From Hydrolagus colliei (lineage: Eukaryota): a stretch of DNA of 64,000 nt. A model generated the notes under the pieces. That model searched no databases. It was not told where the DNA came from and worked only from the letters and a program-made list of their open reading frames with translations. The stretch is taken from positions 31,930,001 through 31,994,000 of the forward strand of contig CM068742.1 of NCBI GenBank assembly GCA_035084275.1, read 5' to 3'. Below are positions 13,901 to 25,900 of the stretch, in pieces; the first letter of the stretch is position 1; each line of letters opens with the position of its first letter. The translations under genes and the position numbers were made by a program.

Positions 13901-16900
13901 AAGGAACAACCCCAAAAATAAAATTGTTTTACTCACTGTTTGCCAGACATTGCTCACTGTTTGCAGTTTGCAACTGTCTGCCACATTTAACCCACAAAAT
14001 GCGGGAAACCAACTTTACAGTATATCCTGAAGTGCTTTGAGACATCTCAGACATGAAAAGGAGCTATATCAAAATGTAAGAATTATTAACTCGTGAGTTA
14101 ATTAACTTAAGCAATGTGACTGATTTTTTACGCAGGCAGGATTTCCTCCTGGGGTGGTGAATATCGTACCAGGATATGGAACTACAGCGGGAGCAGCCAT
14201 AGCCAATCATATGAACATAGAAAAAGTGGCCTTCACTGGTTCAACTGAGGTACAGTACCTTGAAAGAAATATGTATGTGCTCAACTGAGTTTAGATCTTT
14301 TCAGAGTTTATTGTTGGTGCTGGTAGCAATTTGTTAGTGCCTTGGGACATCCTCCCAACGTGAAGGTGCTACATAAATGTGTAATTTTGTATTCTTACTT
14401 ATGAAAGGTTACAAGTGTAAGTTCCTTGATTTCACAAGGCCAACAGTGGTAGAAACAAAGCATTGGATGGCTTTCAGATATTACGGTTGAGATGAATATA
14501 TCTAATATATTGATGAATATTCAACTTAAATTCAATTGTGGACTGAGATTTGGAGATCAAAAGATTCAGCATCTCTTTGAATCAGAATTTAGACGTCAAT
14601 TCCCAGCACACACGACTTCCAGGGAATAAATGTACACTGTTCAGCCAGGAATATATTTCTACTAGGGACCTGGACTCGTGCTCATTTCCAGATTGCAGAG
14701 AGCACAACTGTATACTCCAAATTGGTGAATTTATAATTCCTCAAGAAGGTAGAGATTGCTTCTAACCACTATGATGAATGGTTAGAAGTTAATGAACATA
14801 ACATCAAACACTTCTATTGGGGTTCAATTCCACATATCCAGTAGTTGTTAAGTGAAAAAACATTCCTTTCAGCTCTTATCTTATTTCAGGCTCACTAATT
14901 TTATCATTCTGTCTGTTAGTTATCCACTGCCAGTGTAAATTAGTTTTTTCCAGCACTTTGATTTTTGTTGGATTTGTTTTCTGGCTACATGGCTTACTTT
15001 CTACAACTTGTACAACTTTGTACATGGCTTACTTATTAGGTGCAACATTTTACATATTATGTACTACATGTTAAGTTGGTGAATCTTCCTTTAAACCACT
15101 TTTAGATTTGTGTGAACAACAGAACATCATCAATAGAACTCTGAGAATTTGTCTTTTCAAATTCAGAGCATTTCCATTTTGTAATCATCTTTCGTTTTCA
15201 TTCCAATTTGTTGGCATTTTATTAATTAAATGAGCCTTATACTTCTCAAACCTTTGGATCGTTTATTAAATATTTCATGGCTGTTTGTGGGCCACTGCTT
15301 AATAAACTGGTGCCTCTCTGATTGCTTACAAATACACAGTCACTCCATTTCACTATAATTTCTGTGAGGTGCTTTGAGACATCCTTCCGACATGATAAGG
15401 AATTACACCAAATGCAAGGGCTGGCTATTATTATTAGTAGTGGTAGTATTATTATTATAAACACGTCTGTATGGGTGTACTGTAATTGTTGTAACCAGCA
15501 ACAGAGAAAACTCTGAAAAATAGTAGAACAAATTGTAATTTTTAAATATTCTGTACCTTCCTTTGTACAGATACAGAACATTGTGAATAATAAGAAGAAT
15601 GAGGCTTGTGTCTTTTTGTGCACTAATTGATTTGGATGAATTATTATATTGAGAAATTTAATTTCAAACCCTCCCCTCCACCCACTTTCAGGTTGGTAAA
15701 CTTATACAGGAGGCAGCAGGAAGGAGTAATCTAAAGAGAGTAACCCTGGAGCTTGGAGGGAAGAACCCCAACATCATATTTGCTGACGCAGACCGTTAGT
15801 ATTAATGAGTTATTTCTGTTTTATCACTGTATGTTGAACAGATTATTTCCCATTACATTCTATTAACACTTCCAACCCTCTTCATTTGCAATCGGTTGAA
15901 TGGCTTCTTCTATGCTGTAAACATTTTATAATTCTATGATGTGTTAACTGCTGCAATTTATACTCATACCTGACAAAGCACAGTAGTATTTTACCTGGGT
16001 GCAGTATGCCAATGGCAAAATCTCAAACATGCACAACTGATTTGATCCAACACCAGAATTGCAGAATAGTAGACCTTGGGACGACAGCACCTTGGGACGT
16101 CCTCCCTACGTGAAAACCGCTGTACAAATGTAATTTTGTTGTTGTCCTGTAGCTCAATGGTTAGAGCACATGCCTCGCAAATGAGAAACTTGGGTTGTAT
16201 TTCCGGCAGGGTGAAACGTTGGACAAGTTTTCTTACTCCTGTCTACCTTAGAGTTGTTAGTTGATTGGTGGATTGCTTTTCTAGGGATAATCACTCCTTC
16301 AAAAACATAATGATAATTTGATAATTCAATCCAGGACTATTTGCAGAAGATAACAGTGCCCTATTTCTGCCTTGTTTTGCCCACAAAATATGCAGTCAAT
16401 TCATTTTACAGTAAACTCTGTCAAGCACTTTCAGATGCTTAGAAGACGAAATAAGGCGCTATATCAAATCGAAGGATTATTATTATGATTATAATTGCTC
16501 ATTGAGGTTGCTTGAACTATCACATTTTCCTGAGTTTTTGGGAGAAGTGGGGGGTTGGGTGGGAATTGAGCTTTGAGTGGGGTCAGCCCACAGTATCCAT
16601 GGATAGCAACTTGGGGGTTTTCAGCAGGAGCACAGATAATATTAGCTTGTCACTGGCCTCAGCTGAGATTTGAGTATTGGTGGTAGCTCTGGGTGATAGT
16701 CAGGATGCCTGACTCAGTGGTAACACTCTTGCCTCTTAAGTCAGAAGGTTGTGAGTTTAAGCCCCAAGTCAGGACTTGGAATCACATAGTGCTGGGGAGG
16801 GGTTGTTGCATTATCAGAGGTGTGAACCTTCAGTTGAGATGTTAAACTGACATCCCGTCCACCTGTTCAAGTGGACTTTAAAAATTCCATGGCCCTGTTC

Positions 16901-19900
16901 AAAAACAGAAGCAAGTTTCTCCCAGTGTCCTAGCCAACAATATTCTAAATAAAATTGGTCACTCACTCCATGGCTGTTTGTGGGACATTCCTGAACACAA
17001 CCTAGCTACCATATTTCATCCACAGAATACACAGTCAAATCGACTGTCGTAAAAACATCTCAATACTGTGATGTGGCACTACATCAAATAACCCAGAAGT
17101 CTATTTTCAAATACTAAAATTTAATTCCCCCTTTCAGTAGTGACCAACGTTAACATTTTAAGTTTTACTTCTTACAGAATGATAGAAATCATAGCACAGA
17201 CTGAGGTATTTTGATCCATCTAGCCAACGTGGGAAATTGCTCTGCCAGTACATTGCATGTAAACAATAAAAATCCTTGTACCTGATATAGCAGTCTGTCA
17301 TATTGCAACATCTCAAAGCACTTCACAGAGGTAAAGTGTAGTGTTTGTATATTTATAGGCAAACACAACAGCCAATTTGGACATAGAGTTCGATAAACAT
17401 CCATGATGTCAATGACCACCACTCTCTAATCTGAGAGATTGTTGGCCAGAATCCCAGGGGAAACCTCCCCTTTGCTTTTTGAATAGTACCATTGGGAGCT
17501 TTGAAAACACATGAACTAGCCAACTGGATCTCAACCAAACAGACAACACCTCCAATAATACAAGAACATATCAGTCTGGATTGTGAAGTCAAATCCCAAT
17601 GGGGGCCTTGAACCCATGGTGTTTTGACCCAGATGATTTAATGTGTTGCTAATGTACAAAAGTTAAATCCAATTTGTGCTGTTTCTCCAACCTTACTATG
17701 CTGGTCGTCTTTGAATATTTTTTTATCTGCTAAATATATAATGAGTTATCAAATGGCTTTTAGAATGTTTGATTAAATTGACTTGATGTAATTCCTTTCC
17801 AAACGGTTGGGGAAATTCTATATCAGAAATGTGTGGCTACTGGTATTTATATCAATGTGTATATTAATCCTTGTATTTGATAGGACACCAATAACATCAT
17901 CAATGTCTCAAAGTGCTTCACAGCATATCTGTACTATGTACCCGGACCCTCCGTTCAACAGGACTTGGCCTACTCCAAGCCCCCCGCCCGAACCGCCCCA
18001 CCATCGGAGGCCGGGCCTTCAGTTTCTCCGCTCCCACCTTATGGAATGCCATCCCTCAATCACTCCGTTTCGCCTCTTCCCTTTCCTCTTTCAAGGCCGA
18101 TTTGAAGACTTTCCTCTTCGATCGTGCCTTTTGTTCCACCCCGAACTCTTTTACCTCCCCTTCGTGTTTCACCCCTTCCCAAACACTCCCCTCCCAGCTC
18201 GGGTCACACGCCTCTTGTTTAGCGCCTTGGGACGTCCTCCCGACGTGAAAGGCGCTATATAAATGTAAATTGTTGTTGTTGTTGTAATGACTGTATTTGT
18301 AGGTGAACATGGCAGTCAATTTGGGAACTGCTGTGCCCAACAAACAGTCATATTACCCGAAGGAAACTGGGAGAAAGTTCTCTTTTCGAACAGGGCCATG
18401 GGATCTTTTACATCCACCTGAATAGGCAGACTTCCGTTTAATGTCTGACCCAAAGGACAGCACTGACAGTGCAGGACACCGACAAAGTTCCCCATGAATG
18501 TCAGCCTAGACTATTAGCTCAATATATATTTATTTTAAACGACCTTACTGAAGCCCCCATTCAGTCAAAACACACTTTGCGGGAAGGTCATAAAGGAGCT
18601 ACTGGAATTCATTTTCTTAAAACACAACATTGCAACCTTTACAAATACTACGTGAAAGATCTTCAACTATGTCCCACATTACCAGCAAATCATTTTTCTA
18701 ATCTGACTTTTTTTTTCCCACAGTGGATTATGCTGTTCAGCAGGCACACCATGGCTTGTTCTTCAATCAGGGACAGTGCTGTTTGGCAGGATCCAGAATA
18801 TTTGTGGAAGAATCCATCTACAAAGAATTTGTTCGCAAAAGCACTGAGTTAGCCCAAAAACATGTAATAGGAAATCCTTTACATGTATCCGTAACTCATG
18901 GGCCACAGGTACTAATGAATTGTTGTCACATTGAGGTAGTTCTCCAATAAAACTGAGCTAAAATATTTTATAGATATACAGTACATATATTTGTGCCACT
19001 TTGCTCTCCTCTTTCCCTGATGGCATTGACTTGAAGGCACAGACAGTAGGCGAGATCCTATTTTCATCAACAAGCTATGCTGTTTTAGCGGGTTAAACAA
19101 TAGGGACGCAAACTCTTGGATGCCCAAGCTTTCACCCTTGCCAACTCATGTCTAATACATTGTTGAAGTGCTCTGGGATGCTATCCTGGGTAAAAGGTAC
19201 TATATAAATGCAAGTTATTGTTGTTGTTGGAATTAGATAAGCAGAGTGCATCATTCTGGTAAGAGAGCATATTCCATTCCAGACACGCAAAATTGCATGA
19301 GTAGGTGGCTTGTAAGGAACTCTCTGTCTGGTATGAATACTCGGAGACACGGCGATGGATTTTCATTTGTGTCAGACACCCAGCTGATGCCAAATTATCA
19401 TCAACTACCATCAATTAAATTTTCAGTAGGTGTCACTAGGTAGTAGGGTCCGTCGATATGGAAATTTTCCGATTTAGATATATCGATGGGCTCATATCGA
19501 GATATACCGAAATATCAATATTTTCGGGTGTTTTGTACTGCGCATGCGCGCGTGGCACGCGCATTCGGAGTGTGCGCGCATTCGGGGCCTATCTCCTCAG
19601 GAGGTAAATATCTTTCTCTCTCTCACTCTCTCCATCTCTGTGTTTTTCTGTCTGTGTCTCTCTCCTCTCTCACATCCCCCCCATCTCTATCTATCTGTAT
19701 ATTATCTGTATACTATCACATCCCCCCCGTCTCTCCCCCCCCCCCCCCCCCCCCCACCACTATCCCTCTCTCGCACCCCCCACCCCCGTCATCTGTCTCC
19801 CCCCCCACCCCCCAGCCGTCTCTTTCCCCCTCCCCCCCACCCGCCGTCTCTCTCTCCCTCCCCCGCCCCCCGCCGTCTCTCTCCCCCACTCCAGCCGTCT

Positions 19901-22900
19901 CTCTCCCCCTCCCCCCAGCCGTCTCTCTCCACCCCCCCCCCCCCAGCCATCTCTTTCCCCCTCCACCCCCTGCCGTCTCTCTCTCCCTCACCCCCCCAGC
20001 CGTCTCTCTTCCCCCCCTCAGCCGTCTCTCTCCCCCTCCCCCCAGCCGTCTCTCCCCACTCCCCCCCCCAGCCGTCTCTCTCCCCCTCCCCCCCACCCAG
20101 CCGTCTCTCCCCACCCCTTGCATACCTGTATATTGTATTCATAGTCCTAGAATACAATATGGCGGCTTTGCACCTCGGTCTGTGCATTGTGTATAGAGAT
20201 GAGCATTCTGGGTCTTGTAATTCAGTGTGCACGCATTCCGATTTTTTACCTCACTATATCGACTTTTCGATATATCGATATTTTTGAAATGCCTATATCG
20301 GCGTATCGATATGAAAATTATATTGGGTTTTAGCGATATATCACTGGACCCTACTAGGTAGGTAGTGAACAGGAGTGGGAAACCCAGATTGATTTTCTAT
20401 TTTGTTCTTAATTAAAATTTCAAGTGTAAATCAGAAAAAAGACAACTTTTTAATCAAGAACTTTCAAGTTTGATGTACATGATCAACAGTGGAAAGCTAT
20501 GCTGCTTTAGCCGGTTAAACAATAGAGATACAAACTCTGGGATTAAATATAAAACAGCATTTTAATCTGATTCCCAAGTGTTCAGGGCCTTGGAACCTCT
20601 ACCTGATGTGAAAGATGGTTTACAAATGTAATTTTACTACATTGACTTTTGAACACGATTGGTGAATGTATGATGTCAGTGAGCCATTGTACATATGCAA
20701 AGGTGCTTCAGAATACATATTTCTTACTCAAGTGCCCTATTTTGTAGCCAGAATTGCTCATATGTGGTCAAATGTTCTGAAAGTTAAAGCACTACGTAGA
20801 TTTGTCCTGTGAAAAAAAGTTCTATTCTATGGTTACTCTTAACATTGGTATAATGTTTAAGTGAGAGATAGAGTTGGTTCTCATCATTTTTACGCTGAGT
20901 TTATCTACATTTTTAGAATGAAAGTTTTTGCCAATCATTTTTCTTCCATCTATGATAAGAGAAATAAAAGGCCTGGGAAATCCATATTTTATCTTGTAAA
21001 TAATTGACTGGGAATAATAATCCCTTAAAAGATAATACATGAGTGTTTGTGAGACACTGCAATGCACAATTGGCTGCTGCGTTTCGCCCACAAAATGTAC
21101 AGTCAATTCATTTTACAGTATTTTCTGTAAAGTGCTTTGAGACATCGCAAAGATATAGTAAGGCGCTATTTCAAATGTAAGGATTATTATTATGATACAA
21201 TTGGGACCCTCACTTCAGGAAGCAATAATATGAAATTCTAACCTAAAAAAGATGAAGTCATTTCAGTGATACCAATAAGGATCAAAAGTGAGCTAAGTGT
21301 GACAGTTTCAGCACAATACACAATGGAAAAGTTGACAACTGAAAACTATCTGCAATCTGACACCTAAAGGCTGACAATAGAAACCTCACTCTGTATTTAT
21401 CGATAATTGTTGAGAATGGAGTTGATGTGTATCGTGCGCACAATATAGACGTATAGGTGCCTGACTCTACCATAGACCTGTGATATCTATAATCTGCTTG
21501 AATCTATTAATGAATTCGGGGAAGATATATTCAATAGATTTTTGTACTTAATCATCTTATTAAACTTAATCACAATTCTGTGCTTGGTCATTCTTGATTA
21601 TTACAAATATATGCGAATTGTAATGCAGTTTGTGAATTAACTGAACTGTTTAATGGAAATGAATGACTGCGACCTAATTCGTTCACATCCCAACATATTT
21701 GTCATATATCCCAGCATTGGCATAATGTGACATAATGTGAGCTGATGCCTGTAGGAATGGCTATCAGCCTTTAAATATGATACTGATACTGGAACAGTAA
21801 AGTCATTCATATCGGCATTTCAGTGCTATCTGGTAACAACAAATTGTACAAATTGCATTAAATTGTCTTCCCAAGACACTGAGTTAAAGGAAAACTATGG
21901 TCCAGTATTGTAGTCTTCAATAGCTAGTTAGTGACTCATAGTTGCAAGAAGGAATAATGTCCCATTTAAAAGGATAGTGTCCTAAAGAGTATGAGATTTT
22001 GTACTTGAGACATAACATCTTACAACTCCTATATGTGTATTATATACCTTTGCTGGCTCCTACAGCAGACAAGGCTCAGTGCTTACATGTTTAGCTTTTG
22101 TCTGGAAAATGACTTATTTATGATGTGTAACTGTTTATGTGGTGCAGTCAGGAGAATAGCACATGACTGTTTTATAGGTGGCTGGATTATTTTTACTAGT
22201 AGAGAATATTGCATACAGGGAATAATAATAAAGCAGGTGGCCCATTTTCCACAATATGATTTATTTGTGTTGAAAATCTATTCTGACTATCATGAAATGC
22301 TTAAAGGTTAAATCAAATTCTGTGCAACAATCCAATATTCATAGGAACCAATTAGATTTAAATTGATGGAAAAATATACTAACTTTATTTTCTCTGGTAC
22401 CATTTTCAGATTGACAAAGTGCAATATGATAAAATCCTCAATTTAATTGAGAGTGGGAAGAAGGAAGGAGCCAAGCTAGAGTGCGGAGGTTTGCCCTGGG
22501 GAGATAAAGGCTTCTACATTCAGCCTACAGTATTCTCAGATGTCACAGATGAGATGCGCATTGCTAAGGAAGAGGTAATATAGAGATAGATACATGCTAG
22601 TTGGTATTGCTATTATATCTTTTAGAGTTTGATTCCTCACTTTGAACTGCTCGTTAGAAAAGGGAAGATGTTTTGTTTGAGTGTTTAAATAACAATCCTC
22701 TCTTGGGTTGCTTGTTAACTCTGACAAAATTATGCCAAGTAAGGACGCTGACACATAATGTCAGTCTACTCCCAATGGGTTAGCTTTCTGCAGCTATCAG
22801 CTAACCTGATAAAGACACAGTTTGTAATGCTGGATTGCTCTACCTCGGGGGAGGAAATATTGGCAAAGGTTCTATCTCACACCAGAAAAGCATACCTCCT

Positions 22901-25900
22901 AACAATCCATCACAGAACAGTATTGTTAACAGTCATAAATTCCACCATTCAGATCATCAGAGCTGACAAGTTTCAAAGGAATGTAACAATGTGGGATACA
23001 GCTGGAAACATTGGATTTTTTTTAACAAAAAATAATATTATCTCACAGGAACCTAAGAATGTGCAGAATAGGAAAAGAACAGCAGTCTATTTGGCTTGAC
23101 CCATTTTCACATGTCACCTCTCCTGCTCTCACATATACCCAAATACACTACAATACAAAATAAAGCAATTTCCTTCTTCAGTCCACACTATCTTCCTCAA
23201 CCACTGCCTTTCTGTCAGTCTTCTAATTGGATTGAGCTTTTAAAGCACTTTCATTAATGTACTTTAAATAAACACCTAAACTCGCATAAGTCGCATCATT
23301 CAGTACCATAATGTTTAATATGACTTACTCAAAGCCTGAATAACAGGCAAACTTGTATAAATCATTTGGAATTCAACTTAATCAATAATCTGCACTGCAC
23401 ATGCATAGTTCAATGCAGCAAATGTACAGTGACAAATCAAGACTATATTTTGCTCGATTTTATGCATCTTACCCATCACCGTGTGCACAATTAACAGCAA
23501 CCATTAGAATTGTTTTGAATTACAGGAAATTAAGTTCTTTATCGCACGCGGCGATGGATCAAAATGATGTTTGCTGTGATTCAATGCAGCCCTTGCAGTA
23601 AGTGTGCATGAATTGATGGGTCAGGATGCCATTTCCCGCAATTCATTACAGCTGGCAAGTGTGAGAGCTATGGAGGATGGGGAAGTGGTGTTACGAGTTA
23701 AGAGATGATTTGTTTATAAAATAAGACTAGTGCACAGAAAAGTAAGTGGTTTTGACAGGACACTTGGGTGCACGTATGACTTTGGCAATTATACAACTTA
23801 TAACGGTAAGACGTCTGCGAGTTTTACTGTGCGTGTCTGTACAAATATGGATGAAATGTGTGTGTGTCTGTCTGTGTGTCAATCTACATTCCATATTCAA
23901 TCCTTTGGTTGCAAGTGAAGCTGCAATGGGTACAGCTTGTATGTAATATTTATGGTGTATACATACTGTATATACAATTCATGCATTCTGAAAAGCATTA
24001 ATCAATCAGTCCTGATTTAGAATACTGTCATCCTTCAGGCTGGTAATTCCCATCTTACAAAGCTATCTTATAATTAAATGTCCTTAATACTTGATTTTCC
24101 TTTTTTACTTTGAAAGATCTTTGGGCCAGTGCAACAGATCTTCAAATTTAAAGCAATAGATGAAGTCATTAAGAGAGCCAACAATACCCAATATGGTTTG
24201 GTTGCTGCAGTTTTCACCAAAGACATTAATAAAGCCATGAGATTGGCTTCAGCTCTTCAAGCTGGTACTGTTTGGTAAGTATCTTGAGATTTAATCTATT
24301 TCAACTTTATACTGGGCAATCTTGTTATAACATGGTCATTAGTGCAGATACCACATTATATTCAAAGCGCAGAAAAATAGATGACATCTATTGGTCAGGT
24401 TGGTCAGGTTGACAGGTTGGTGGTCAGGTTGACACCTAAGTCACTTCAGCGCACATGGAAGTGAATGCACACAGTGCATAGTCCAACAACAACTTGCATT
24501 TAAACTGCCCCCTTCCCAGGGCAGTATCTTGGGAGTGCTTGAATTTTGTTAATACCCTGTATCAATTCCTGTGCACTGCTGACATCACTCTTGTATGGAT
24601 TAATAAGTGCTGGAAGTGTCATCAGCAATGTTTTCTGCACAGACCAAGTGACTTGACAGACACAGCCATTTTTTTTACATGGGAACCAACTAATCAGCAC
24701 CTGAAGTTAGGGAACCAGTGCTATAAACCAAACCATGCTAAAACAAATGCGGCATAATAGGGTCACCCTGTAAAATTCAATGAAGGTTTGACATAGCTCT
24801 GCTGGTAAATTAGTAGTTTTACTGTATTGAATTCCAATATTAATATTCCTGCAGGGTTAATTGTTACAATGCCCTGCATGTTCAGAGTCCTTTCGGTGGA
24901 TTTAAAATGTCTGGAAATGGTAGAGAAATGTAAGTATTGAAAATTAATATAAATTCTTATTTACTTCACTCATTATTGTTTCTAAAAAGATATGTATGAC
25001 CTTACTGTAAATGAATGTGATGCTTTTGGTTGGACATCATTTTATGCTGCAAAGAAAATGATAATTTGTTGAAACAAGTTATTAGAAAGTTGGGATTTAT
25101 AGCTGCTTCATGAGATAGCCCAAAATAGAGACACTGAGAGGAAAATATGTTTAAGCCCAACATTTGCAAAATTGCAGTTGGGATAGAATTAAAACATTTG
25201 TAATGAGATTGACCTTCCAGTTTAGGATTATAATTTATTGTGCAAAACTCAGTTTGAGCTGACGTAAATTATACACAAAGAACCAAAATGGAAGTATACA
25301 TCTACTTCTGAATAGTAATATTGGTAATCTCGAGAGGGAGGGTCATTTTCAATGTTTGTAAATTCAGTTATGTTATTGCACATAGAAAATCCTTTAGTTA
25401 TCCGATAGGTCCAAAATTCCACCTACTGTTAAACGGTGTTTTGTTGTAAGATTTAGCTAATCATGCAGAATTGGGGAAAATTCTTAAATTTAGTCTTAAT
25501 CACCATAGCAGGTAAGACGAACCAGCTTCAAAATTAAGGTTGATTTAAGAATGTTCTACAATTCTGCATGCTAATTAAATTTGAAGCAAAAGTAGCATTT
25601 TCTGTAGACTAAGACTAGATAGAATTTGGGGCCTTCGATAGCTAGGGTCAACCTTTCAGAAATCTGCACTGTCGCTAATCTCCCCCTGGCCACTAGAAGC
25701 CCTTTTTAACCTGCAATCCTGTTTCACGGATAAGAATCTGAACTCATAGTTAGGAGTGGAGAATTAGAGGGCTGACCTGGGATCCACTCTAGTATCTTGG
25801 ATGTATTTAATTTGAAAATCTCACTTTTAGAGTCCCTCCTGCCCCCCATTTAAAAAATAGAAAGCTTATGACGTGAAACAAAAAATTATCCCACCAAGCC

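Noticed and set aside
19720-20115. Repeat array superficially like CRISPR
   Set aside because: Units are contiguous with no unique spacers, there are no cas genes, and the context is a vertebrate intron.
19486-20287. Long Pro-rich and Gly-rich ORFs on both strands (also 41617-42522)
   Set aside because: Artefacts of a stop-free C-rich minisatellite inside a non-autonomous hAT element; no transposase motifs.
24391-24433. (GGTCAGGTT)n repeat as a retinoic-acid response element in ALDH intron 11
   Set aside because: Half-sites are TGGTCA/AGGTTG rather than RGKTCA, with no proper DR1/2/5 spacing; more likely slippage.
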